A stretch of 64,000 bases of DNA from an uncultured Phycisphaerales bacterium. GTDB lineage: Bacteria > Planctomycetota > Phycisphaerae > Tepidisphaerales > Tepidisphaeraceae. Shown here piece by piece: positions 28,769 to 37,465 of this stretch. The notes under the pieces were generated by a model. It worked only from the letters and a program-made list of their open reading frames with translations, made no database searches and was not told the origin of the DNA. The DNA lies in assembly GCA_903871935.1 (NCBI GenBank), contig CAIQIQ010000062.1, positions 72,020-136,019 on the forward strand. The letters are read 5' to 3'. The position numbers and the translations under genes were made by a program. Position 1 is the first letter of the stretch. Each line of letters begins with the position of its first letter.

Positions 28769-29989
28769 ATGCCTGATCAACGCTGTTTCGCTGGGTTTGG
28801 GTTTGGTCCGATACAGTCGGGCTTGTTCCTCTATGAAGCATTCCGCACCGGACGGTTTTCCCGCCTGGTGGTCGCTGAAGTCGATGACCGGATCGTGGAG
28901 TTACTCCGCGCCAGCGGCGGAGAATATCATCTGAACATCGCCCATGCCCAAGGCATCGAGAAGGCGACCATACGCGGTATCGAGGTCTATAACCCTCACA
29001 GAGCCGAGGATCGGCAGAAGCTGCTGGCGGCGATTGCAGGGGCCGATGAGCTATCCACCGCTCTGCCAAGCGTCAGCTTCTTCGCCTCGGGTGGTGAGGC
29101 GTCGGTGGTTTCCGTATTGGCTGATGCACTGAAGAGTGCACCTGAAAAGCACCGCATTCTCTATGCCGCGGAAAACCACAACCACGCGGCGGAAATCCTG
29201 GCGGACCACCTTACCCAACGGCTTGGGCGCAACGCTCTCGATGGTTTCCAGATCGTCAACACGGTGATCGGCAAGATGAGCGGCGTGATCACCGACCCGG
29301 CGCAGATCCGGGAACTGCAGTTGGCAACGCTGACCCCCGCAGCCGATCGTGCGGTGTTGGTTGAGGCGTTCAACCGGATACTGATTGGCCGAATCCAGCC
29401 GGGCATCGTGCGTGGAATCGACGCCTTCATTGAAAAGGATGATCTTTTGCCGTTCGAGGAGGCAAAGCTGTATGGGCACAACGCGGTTCATGCACTGATC
29501 GGTTACCTGGCGCATCAGCGCGGATTGGCGCTGATGTCGCAGGTTGCGGCCCACCTGGAGATTCTGGCTGTTGCTCGTCGGGCGTTTATGGAGGAGTCCG
29601 GTGCTGCCTTGGTGCAGAAGTATGCCCATTTGAACGATCCATTCTTCACGGCCGAAGGATATGGTGCCTATGCCGAGGATCTGCTGCAACGGATGGTGAA
29701 CCCGAATCTGCAGGATCTGGTGGCGCGGGTTATTCGTGACCCGCAGCGGAAGCTGTCGTGGAATGACCGCCTGCTCGGGACGATGCGCCTGGCGCTGCAG
29801 TACGGCATCCGGCCCGTGAACATGGCGCAAGGGGTGGCCGCGGCCCTGGCATTCGCTCTGGGCCGAACGCCAGAGTCGAAGGCAGAGGTAGGGAACGCGC
29901 TGCAGGCGATCTGGGGCGAGACAGCGCAGGAGCCCACGGCGAGCGAACTGGTGGACCTGACGTGGGACGCCGTGCGACACTGCACTTGA
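28769..29989 (+). CDS. Mannitol dehydrogenase family oxidoreductase (UxuB/UxaB/MtlD-like)
   Basis: The N-terminus MPDQRCFAGFGFGPIQSGLF resembles the FGAGNIGRGF dinucleotide motif of mannitol, mannonate and altronate dehydrogenases. The C-terminal domain is helical. Start is taken at the internal ATG at 28769 of ORF 28373..29989. Confidence 0.7.
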   Translation: MPDQRCFAGFGFGPIQSGLFLYEAFRTGRFSRLVVAEVDDRIVELLRASGGEYHLNIAHAQGIEKATIRGIEVYNPHRAEDRQKLLAAIAGADELSTALPSVSFFASGGEASVVSVLADALKSAPEKHRILYAAENHNHAAEILADHLTQRLGRNALDGFQIVNTVIGKMSGVITDPAQIRELQLATLTPAADRAVLVEAFNRILIGRIQPGIVRGIDAFIEKDDLLPFEEAKLYGHNAVHALIGYLAHQRGLALMSQVAAHLEILAVARRAFMEESGAALVQKYAHLNDPFFTAEGYGAYAEDLLQRMVNPNLQDLVARVIRDPQRKLSWNDRLLGTMRLALQYGIRPVNMAQGVAAALAFALGRTPESKAEVGNALQAIWGETAQEPTASELVDLTWDAVRHCT

Positions 29990-30006
29990 GCACGGTCGGG
30001 ATTACA

Positions 30007-31164
30007 ATGGGCTCAATGGCAAAGGTGAACAGGCCCGTCGAGGTGGTTGTTGCAGGTCATATCTGTCTGGATGTGATTCCAGAGTTCCCTCCACATGCTT
30101 TGGCCGGCGCGATCAGCCCGGGTGCGCTGGTGAAGGTGGGACCGGCGCTGCGCTCAACCGGCGGCGCAGTCGCCAACACGGGGCTGGCGCTGCACCGGCT
30201 TGGCATTGGCGTGCGCCTGGTGGGCAAGGTGGGGCATGACCTGTTTGGAGAAGAGATCATCAACATCTTGCGCTCACATTCCCCCGATTTGGCAGCAGGG
30301 ATGATCGTGTCCGATCGTGATACGTCGAGCTACACCGTGGTGATATCGCCGCCAGGGACCGATCGCACGTTTCTCCATTGTCCCGGCGCCAATGACACGC
30401 TGAGCAGCCGGGATGTGCCAGATAGCGCCCTTGCCGGGGCGCGGCTGCTGCACTTTGGATACCCGCCACTGATGCGGCGGATGTACCTAAAGAACGGCGA
30501 TGAACTGCGGAGGCTGATGAAGCGGGCCAGAACAATGGGGCTGACGACCAGCCTCGACATGGCTGAGCCGGATGCGGCGTCGGAGGCAGGGAAGGTGGAT
30601 TGGGTGGCACTGCTTAAGAATGTGCTGGGCGAGGTAGACATCTTCGCTCCGAGCATCCAGGAAGTGCTTTTTATGGCCGACCGGAAGACGTACGCGAAAC
30701 TGACCAGAAAGACCGGAGCCATCGAGGTCAAACGTGATGTGACGCGAGGCCTTCTGCAGTCGCTGTCGGGCAACCTGCTGGAATGGGGGGCGGCCGTGGT
30801 GATGATCAAGCTGGGAGAGCAGGGGGCGTATTTGCGCACCAGCAGTAACAGGGCCCGCCTGTTTGGGATGGGGGCCTGCACTCCACGAGACGTGTCGCCA
30901 TGGATCGGGTGCGAGTTGAGGGCACCGTGCTTTAAGGCCAAGGTGGTCGGGACCACCGGCGCGGGTGATTGCGCTATTGCGGGTTTTTTGGCTGGCGTGC
31001 TCAAGGGCCTGACTCCTGAGGGCTGCCTGCGATTCGCGGTGGCTGTCGGCGCCTGCAGCGTTGAGGCGCCTGATGCGACCAGCGGCGTGCCGAACTGGAA
31101 CAGGGTAAGACAGCGTATACGCGATGGTTGGCCGACGTTGCCATCTTGCATCGACGTGGCATAG
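30007..31164 (+). CDS. PfkB-family carbohydrate kinase (ribokinase/KdgK-like)
   Basis: The N-terminal sheet VVVAGHICLDV, the TGGAVANTG motif and the C-terminal GAGDCAIAGF anion hole with catalytic Asp are all present. Confidence 0.8.
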   Translation: MGSMAKVNRPVEVVVAGHICLDVIPEFPPHALAGAISPGALVKVGPALRSTGGAVANTGLALHRLGIGVRLVGKVGHDLFGEEIINILRSHSPDLAAGMIVSDRDTSSYTVVISPPGTDRTFLHCPGANDTLSSRDVPDSALAGARLLHFGYPPLMRRMYLKNGDELRRLMKRARTMGLTTSLDMAEPDAASEAGKVDWVALLKNVLGEVDIFAPSIQEVLFMADRKTYAKLTRKTGAIEVKRDVTRGLLQSLSGNLLEWGAAVVMIKLGEQGAYLRTSSNRARLFGMGACTPRDVSPWIGCELRAPCFKAKVVGTTGAGDCAIAGFLAGVLKGLTPEGCLRFAVAVGACSVEAPDATSGVPNWNRVRQRIRDGWPTLPSCIDVA

Positions 31165-31201
31165 AGCGGTGTCCATGCGTTCCAGTCGCTCGCGATCTTC
31201 A

Positions 31202-32005
31202 CTACACGTACTGCATCCGTAAGACCTTTAGCGCGGTGCCACCGAGGATCTTCCGCTTCTCGTCATCGTTGATATTTGCGTAGAGTAAGGAACCCAGGGC
31301 GTGCAGAGCGGAAAACCAACCCAGGGCATCGGAACCAAAGAGGAGCTTTTCGCCTCCCAGTTCTTTGACGAAGTATTCGAGCACTCCGTTGTGAATGCTG
31401 GCGTCGGTCAGTTCCAGGTAGATGTTGGGATGCCTTTGGGCTAAGCGAACGGCACCCGCGAAATCCGGCTCGAAGCAGTGGGCGCAGCAGATTGGCACCG
31501 ATGGGTATTCCGCGGCGATCTTGTCATAGATGGCGACTCCGCTCAGCGGGGAATCCCAGGTATGGCTGATGATGGGTAAGCCATGGTCGGCCGCAAAGCG
31601 GAAGACAGGCTTGTAGTTGGCGCCATCGGCCGGGTAACCATTGCCATCAGGGTGAATCTTGATGCCTTTCCAGCTCAATTCCGATGCGTAATGCTCGAGC
31701 TCCTGCTGCGTTTCTTCCGGGTATCGGGCACTGGGAAGAACAAACGGAATGAAGCGTTTGGGGCTGTGGGCGGCGAATTCTTTGACCACCTGGTTGCCCA
31801 GAACGTGATCGGAACCCATACCCGCGTTCGAGAACAGCACCGAATAGCCAATGCCGGCCGAGTCCATGACCTTGAGCATCGAAGCCGGGGAGAGATCGGG
31901 CGTGTAGAAATTGCGCCAGGGACCGACGTGGCCGTGCATATCGACCACCGGACAGTTCAAGGGCTGTCCCTTTTTCGCCATTTCCAGCAGAGAAGGTTCG
32001 CTCAT
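31202..32005 (-). CDS. Amidohydrolase_2 (TIM-barrel metal-dependent hydrolase) family protein
   Basis: The VVDMHGH metal-binding start, HTWDSP and a conserved Asp near the C-terminus are present. The start overlaps the upstream amidohydrolase stop as ATGA. Confidence 0.75.
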   Translation of the reverse strand: MSEPSLLEMAKKGQPLNCPVVDMHGHVGPWRNFYTPDLSPASMLKVMDSAGIGYSVLFSNAGMGSDHVLGNQVVKEFAAHSPKRFIPFVLPSARYPEETQQELEHYASELSWKGIKIHPDGNGYPADGANYKPVFRFAADHGLPIISHTWDSPLSGVAIYDKIAAEYPSVPICCAHCFEPDFAGAVRLAQRHPNIYLELTDASIHNGVLEYFVKELGGEKLLFGSDALGWFSALHALGSLLYANINDDEKRKILGGTALKVLRMQYV

Positions 32006-32757
32006 TTGGTCCTCACTTGGTCCAGGAGCTGCTGTAGATTGCGGCTGGCGATATTGGCTCGATCGGCGTCCGAAATCGAAGCATAGTTGAGCATTCCCAG
32101 CGAGGCGCCCGGTGTCAACATCGGCCAGCCGGACCCCCACAATAACCGCTGACTGCCGAACTTGGCGCAGATATCTTCCAGGCAAAGATGAGTGCGCAAG
32201 AGGGAAGTCTCCAGTCGCAGCTTCGGGAACTCGGTCATCAGAGGATAGGTAAAGCGGGCGCGATCCCAGGTCGAGATATCGGTTAGAACCAGATTGAGGT
32301 CGTTATATTTGCCGAGTAGGTGGTATACCTCGCTCCAATCGGTTTCACGCAGGCTCAAGAAGACTGGAACCTTGTGTCTTGCCAGAACCTTGAACATGTC
32401 CTGGCAGCCGAATTCCAGCGGATAGCCGTGCATCTTCGGATACAGGGCGACAGCGCGAATACCGCCGGCAACCAGATTCTGCAGAAGCTGATCGATCGGC
32501 GGCAGGTGCATGGTGGCTGAAGGCCCGATGACCGCGAGGCCCTGCAGGACGGGATACGGCTGAATCTCCTTCGTTAGCAGTTCGATACCGGTGGCGGGGT
32601 CGTACTCGCTCGCCGCGGCGAGCCGGACCAGCGCCCGGTCGATGCCACAGCGAGCCATGGTCTGCACCAGATCGTCGGTCTTCCACGGTTCGTAGAACGG
32701 GCGCTGGTTGCGGCGGCCGATCTGACAGTTTGCATCAAAGAGCATTTCCACCTCCAC
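32002..32757 (-). CDS. Amidohydrolase_2-like TIM-barrel hydrolase (second paralog)
   Basis: A 251-aa protein with a similar fold signature (LFDANCQIG ... LLWGSGWP). It is translationally coupled to 31202..32005. Confidence 0.65.
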   Translation of the reverse strand: MEVEMLFDANCQIGRRNQRPFYEPWKTDDLVQTMARCGIDRALVRLAAASEYDPATGIELLTKEIQPYPVLQGLAVIGPSATMHLPPIDQLLQNLVAGGIRAVALYPKMHGYPLEFGCQDMFKVLARHKVPVFLSLRETDWSEVYHLLGKYNDLNLVLTDISTWDRARFTYPLMTEFPKLRLETSLLRTHLCLEDICAKFGSQRLLWGSGWPMLTPGASLGMLNYASISDADRANIASRNLQQLLDQVRTK

Positions 32758-32769
32758 CGTTGGCGACCG

Positions 32770-33774
32770 TTACACCGCTTCGGAGCCCATGGCGACGACG
32801 ATTCGCTCGGCGACTTCGACGGCGGCCATGCCATCTTCGCCGCTGACCGTCGGCCGGGTGCCGTTGCGGACCGCACCAATAAAATCCTCCTGCTCCGCCA
32901 GGAGTTGATCGGTGTTTTCCACGGGCACGGCTTCGAGTTTGACCATATCAGAGAAGCTGAGCTTGGTGGGATCGGCGATTTCGCCGGATTTCACTTTGGC
33001 GAAGGTCTCGCGCAGGTGCTCCAGGTTCTGGCCGCGGCGGGCGATGACGCCCTGTTTCTTTGCATAGTCGATGGCGATCCAGGCGTCGCCGGTGGCGAGG
33101 CGCATGCGGCGGTCGGTCTTTAGCGCCAGGCGCGATCCGGTCATGGTTGCCACGCAGCCGTTCTCAAAGATCAGGCGGGCATTGCAAACATCTTCGCTCT
33201 GGCCGATCACTTTGACGCCGACGGCCTCCACGCTCTTGAGTTTTGACTTCGCCAGCGAGAGCACCACATCGATGTCGTGGACCATCATGTCGAGCACGAC
33301 GCCGACATCGAGGCTGCGGAAGGTCAGCGGACTGACGCGAATGGTTTCGATGAATCGCGGCTTAAGGTTCATCTTCGCCAGGGCGCGGACGGCCGGGTTG
33401 AACCGCTCAACATGGCCCACTGCCAGTGTTACGCCCGCCTTCCTGGCCCATTCGACGATCTGCCGGCATTCCTGGCTGTTGCGCGCCAGCGGCTTCTCGA
33501 TCATGCAGGCAACTCCGGCCTTAAAGCAGGTCTCGGCCATGGCGGCGTGGGCCTCGGTGGTGGTGGCAATGGTCACCGCCTTGACCTCGCGCACCATCTC
33601 ATCAAGGGAGGCGAACGCCTTACAGCGATACTGCTGGGCGACGGCCGCCGCCGCGGCCGGGATGGCATCATAGACGCCGGCGAACTTCACGCCGGCCATC
33701 TGCCCATAGACGCGCGCGTGGTATTTGCCCATGCGGCCGCAACCGATCACACCGACAGGAATGGCTTCGCTCAT
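32770..33774 (-). CDS. Gfo/Idh/MocA family NAD(P)-dependent oxidoreductase
   Basis: The N-terminal Rossmann segment is MSEAIPVGVIGCGRMGKYHARVY. An EKP motif and a C-terminal alpha/beta domain follow. Confidence 0.85.
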   Translation of the reverse strand: MSEAIPVGVIGCGRMGKYHARVYGQMAGVKFAGVYDAIPAAAAAVAQQYRCKAFASLDEMVREVKAVTIATTTEAHAAMAETCFKAGVACMIEKPLARNSQECRQIVEWARKAGVTLAVGHVERFNPAVRALAKMNLKPRFIETIRVSPLTFRSLDVGVVLDMMVHDIDVVLSLAKSKLKSVEAVGVKVIGQSEDVCNARLIFENGCVATMTGSRLALKTDRRMRLATGDAWIAIDYAKKQGVIARRGQNLEHLRETFAKVKSGEIADPTKLSFSDMVKLEAVPVENTDQLLAEQEDFIGAVRNGTRPTVSGEDGMAAVEVAERIVVAMGSEAV

Positions 33775-33879
33775 AGTGCGGGAATGATAGTGGAAACAAA
33801 CCAGAGGCGGCAATGGATGGGTGATCGTCATTGATTCCCGGCCGCGCCGGGATTTCGCTTCGCTCAACATTGGTCAATA

Positions 33880-34930
33880 GTCATTGGTCGGGATGGTCAG
33901 GGCGCATGGGTTGACGGTAGTGCGTATCACTATTCCGTAACGGTAGAGGATGTGGAAATAGGGTAGCAGCGACGAAGCGACGGAGCGACGAGGGGGGGAA
34001 CCGGAGCAGAACAGTAGAGGCGAAGCGTTCCATGGGTGTTCCACGCGCAGGTTGTGGATAAGTAGGAGGTGCGCAAGTTCTCGGCGGGGGTACAACCATG
34101 GTGCTATCTTTCGTGGCTGCAGGCAGTTATGGCAAAACAGAGGGAGGAGATGATCAAGTTCGGTGCGCTTGTGGATGATTCCCGGCAGAAGAGCGGAACT
34201 CGAAAAGCGGAAAGCGAGAATGAAGGCAAAGAGGGCGAGGAGGCGCGTATATCTTCTTGCTTTGTAAGATGTTGTGAGATAAGTGGTTAGCGCTTTGATG
34301 GGGAAGGAGGTGCGCACGTTTCTTTCTGGTCATTGGTCACTTGTCCTGAAGTCATTGGCCGGAGAAGACAAAGGTGCTCAGGTTCGCGCGCGCAATCTGC
34401 GATGATCAGTAATCCGCATTACCGATGAGGACAAAGGGGCTCAAGATCGAGTGCGCATCTTGGGGCGGCATTGCCTACTTGTCCGGTCGGAGTTCTGGGT
34501 ATTCACTTGTGAAAGAACGGCGGCCGGGGTGCAAGCCAAAGACAGCCTAGAGGCTGCACTCCGAACGCAGAACGCGAGGTCCTTCTATATATAAGGGTGG
34601 ATTTGGAGGGGTCGACTTGAGGGAGATGAGTATTGACAGAGACTTACGTGCATCCAGAAATCTTTCCACATTTTGGAGCAGCAGGAAGACGTAATGCAGA
34701 AGTCAGAAGACAGAAGTCAGAAGCAGAGGGAGGAGTGGGCGATTGGCCGCTGTTGAGGCAGAGATCGGGCACGCTTTGAACACGGATATCGCCATATTCA
34801 ACCTGTAGATCTGCTGGAACCTTTGCGGAAGTGTAGAGCGTTGGGTTGATCGCTGCATCCCGCTCGCCTGGCGAGGGAAACGGCCCATCCCCCACATACG
34901 GCGCTCTACACCGCTCCTGACAGACCTGCT
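33880..34930. repeat. About 1 kb noncoding tract of internally repeated SD-plus-start-like units, paralogous to 63.1-64.0 kb
   Basis: Contains no plausible long ORF. At least five copies of the [purine-rich GGAGG/GGGAAG/ACAAAG] + (A/G)TGC(G/T)CA(A/G)G(A/T)T(C/A) unit occur, at 34066, 34306, 34371, 34432 and 34449. Blocks align with 63.44-63.93 kb at about 75%. Confidence 0.6.
34295..34440 (+). repeat. 145-bp dispersed repeat, direct copy (partner at 24398..24540 inverted)
   Basis: The two copies are near-identical apart from about 10 substitutions. Confidence 0.7.
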
Positions 34931-34985
34931 ACAAAGACGTCCCATGGCAACCGGAAACGCTTCACCGTCTCGTCGCGCAGGCAAG
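34895..34985 (+). promoter_or_regulatory. Conserved ~70-nt 5' module spanning the start codon of the GDPD gene (paralog at 37383..37465)
   Basis: CTACACCGCTCCTGACAGACCTGCTACAAAGACGTCCCATGGCAACCGGAAACGCTTCACCGTCTCGTCGCG is about 85% identical to 37383..37455. The module includes TA(C/T)AAAG 8 nt before the ATG and the first ~12 codons. Confidence 0.4.
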
Positions 34986-35684
34986 GATACTTGGAGGCCG
35001 GTCATCATTGCTCATCGTGGTGGTGCGGCGGGGTTTGGTCTGGCAGAGAACTCCCGCGAGGCGTTTGCTGCCGCTTCGGCCGCGGGGTTTGGCAGCGAAT
35101 GCGATGCCTGGGCATCGGCGGATGGGGAACCTGTGGTCATGCACGATCAGGAGTTGGCTCGCACAACGCTCGTAACAGGTCGGGTTACGGACATGATTTC
35201 ATCGGCGCTGCTGCAGGTGCATCTCAGGTCGGCAGGCACGCCCGCGATGGTTCCACTTCTGCGCGACGTGGCATGCGATGTCACGCTGGTCGAGATCAAG
35301 CAGAATAACGCGCGGGATCTGGTTGGCCGGGTGATTCAGGTCATGGAGGGAAGGGAATGGCGTTTACAGTCATTTGACCGTGCGAACCTGGTCTATGCTC
35401 GCGAGTTGGCGCCGTCGGTTCCGGTTGCTTTGCTGATGAGTGACCTTGCCGGTGCAACGGCCGCCATCGCCGGGGGCTGGCCGGCTTACATGGATCACGG
35501 TTTGTTGGATGAGGCGGTTGTGGCTCGTCTGCGGAATGGTGGGCTGGCCGTGGGCGCATGGACAGTCAATAGCGAGCAGGCTTTGCGCCGGATCGCGCCA
35601 TTCCGGCCGGACGTAATCATTAGCGATGTGCCGCAACTGATCCGCGACTGGCTGGCCGATGAACTGCCGGGCGGTAGATGGTGA
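34944..35684 (+). CDS. Glycerophosphodiester phosphodiesterase family protein
   Basis: The VIIAHRGG motif, E..ENS and the HD.ELARTT region are typical of the GDPD fold. Confidence 0.8.
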   Translation: MATGNASPSRRAGKDTWRPVIIAHRGGAAGFGLAENSREAFAAASAAGFGSECDAWASADGEPVVMHDQELARTTLVTGRVTDMISSALLQVHLRSAGTPAMVPLLRDVACDVTLVEIKQNNARDLVGRVIQVMEGREWRLQSFDRANLVYARELAPSVPVALLMSDLAGATAAIAGGWPAYMDHGLLDEAVVARLRNGGLAVGAWTVNSEQALRRIAPFRPDVIISDVPQLIRDWLADELPGGRW

Positions 35685-35759
35685 CGGCTGTAATGGCACA
35701 GAGCCGCGCGGAGCACACGATCTGGATTTGGTGTAGAATCCGCTTCTTGAAGGCGGCAT

Positions 35760-37040
35760 ATGGGTCAGTCAATTACGCAAACGAGTCTCAGGCCGGCAGG
35801 AACGAGGCGGAAAGGCCTGGTGGGATTCGGGCTGGTCTTTGCTGCGATGGGCGGGCTGTTTCTTGTGATGATATTCGGGCCGATGGCGCTCGGCCTGATT
35901 CGCTCGCGGCACTGGGTTTCAACGCCATGCGTTATCGTCAACAGCAATGTGGAGGAGTCGCACGACTCCGAGAACGGCAGCACATATCGCGTTGCCGTCC
36001 GTTATCGGTATCAGGTGGATGACCGGCAGTACGTGGGAGATCGATACAATTGGACGGTCGGCTATTCCTCGGGCTATTCATCCAAACAGCGGGTTGTCGC
36101 CGCTCTGCCGCCGGAGGCGGATGCCACGTGCTTTGTGAATCCGGCGAATCCAGCGGAATCCGTGCTCAATCGGGACGTTGGCTGGGAAGCCGCCTTTATC
36201 CTGTTGCCCCTGGCGTTCATTGCGTTTGGCATCGTGAGCATCTATGCCGGCATCCGTTCGTATTCTCCTGCGATCTCCGATGCGGTCTCGCCTGGCGGAG
36301 AATGGTTGCGACGAAAAGTCCTTTCCGGCGGGCAGGCGGCCAACGGATTCGCGGGCGTCTGGCCGGCGCCCGCAAAGGACCGCGGACCGCGGGAACTGCG
36401 GTCCTCGACCGATCCGCGCACGCAGTTGACAGGTTTGGCCTTCGCCGCGGCAATTTGGAACGGTATCGTCGGAAGCATCCTCTATTTCGGAGGCGTCTGG
36501 TCGCATTTCAGCGATGTCTTCGACATTGTCGGCGCGGTATTCATGATCCCCTTTGTTTTGATCGGGCTGGGCCTCATTATTGGAACGATCTACTCGCTCC
36601 TGGCATTGCGAAATCCACGTCCCGTGGTGACGATTGCCAAGTCGATCCTGCGGTTGGGCGACTCGGTAGAGGTTCGATGGAGAGTCGAGGGACGCACGGA
36701 CACTATCTCCATGCTGAATCTGACGATGGAGGGCCGGGAAGTGGCCACTTATCACAGCGGGACAGACAGCGATGGGAGGGCGAACACGTCTACCGACAAG
36801 CATGTATTTGAGCGAGTCAGCATCGCACATGTCAGCGACCAGATGGAGATTGCCAATGGCCGGTCCGTGCTGCATCTGCCGGAGCGTTCGATGCCAAGCT
36901 TCATCTCGGCCAACAATCGCGTGGAGTGGGTGCTGGTCGTTCACGGAGATATTCCAAATTGGCCGGATGTGAAAGAGGAATTCACACTGGACGTTTTCGG
37001 GCCAGAGGCCAAGGGGGCGAGCGATGCGGATGGCCATTGA
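35760..37040 (+). CDS. DUF3592-like membrane protein with extended C-terminal domain
   Basis: The N-terminal half has TM1, a beta-rich insert (WVSTPCVIVNS...YRVAVRYRYQVDDRQYVGDRY) and TM2, the architecture of DUF3592. Two further TM helices and a soluble domain follow. Confidence 0.6.
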   Translation: MGQSITQTSLRPAGTRRKGLVGFGLVFAAMGGLFLVMIFGPMALGLIRSRHWVSTPCVIVNSNVEESHDSENGSTYRVAVRYRYQVDDRQYVGDRYNWTVGYSSGYSSKQRVVAALPPEADATCFVNPANPAESVLNRDVGWEAAFILLPLAFIAFGIVSIYAGIRSYSPAISDAVSPGGEWLRRKVLSGGQAANGFAGVWPAPAKDRGPRELRSSTDPRTQLTGLAFAAAIWNGIVGSILYFGGVWSHFSDVFDIVGAVFMIPFVLIGLGLIIGTIYSLLALRNPRPVVTIAKSILRLGDSVEVRWRVEGRTDTISMLNLTMEGREVATYHSGTDSDGRANTSTDKHVFERVSIAHVSDQMEIANGRSVLHLPERSMPSFISANNRVEWVLVVHGDIPNWPDVKEEFTLDVFGPEAKGASDADGH

Positions 37041-37401
37041 ACTGTCCGAGGGAAAGCTGAGTTATCGGCCGCGGCAATTGATGCGCGGCTCGTTTTCGTG
37101 GTCTTCACTGGATCAACTCAAGAGCCTGGAACTGCGGCTATTCTGGTACACGCAGGGAAAGGGAACGCAGGATGTGACGCTTGTTGAAATGCGTCGCATC
37201 AACTCACCGGCGTTGATGGGGCGAGAGCGATTTGAATTTCGCGTACCGGACGGTCCGTACACAATGCATGGGAAACTGATCTCGGTGCTGTGGGCATTGG
37301 AGTTGGTGAGCGAAGGTCCGAACGAGGTCACACGAGTGGACGTGGTCGTATCGCCGTGGGGAGAGCCGGTAATCCTGCGGGAAGAACTACACCGCTTCTG
37401 A
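37024..37401 (+). CDS. Hypothetical protein (125 aa) overlapping the 3' end of 35760..37040
   Basis: The ORF overlaps the upstream gene by 17 nt, in a different frame, and its stop is embedded in the conserved 70-nt module. I recognise no family. Confidence 0.35.
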   Translation: MRMAIELSEGKLSYRPRQLMRGSFSWSSLDQLKSLELRLFWYTQGKGTQDVTLVEMRRINSPALMGRERFEFRVPDGPYTMHGKLISVLWALELVSEGPNEVTRVDVVVSPWGEPVILREELHRF

Positions 37402-37465
37402 GAGACCTGCTATAAAGACGCCCCATGGCCAGCGAAAACACTACCTCGTCTCGTCGCGTTCCCTT
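37383..37465 (+). promoter_or_regulatory. Second copy of the conserved ~70-nt 5' module, spanning the start codon of the oxidoreductase gene
   Basis: CTACACCGCTTCTGAGAGACCTGCTATAAAGACGCCCCATGGCCAGCGAAAACACTACCTCGTCTCGTCGCG. Compare with 34895..34985. Confidence 0.4.

Noticed and set aside
33880-34930. Possible CRISPR array
   Set aside because: The repeated units are only about 13-20 nt and degenerate, spacing is irregular at 20-60 nt, and no cas genes are present. It is not a CRISPR array.
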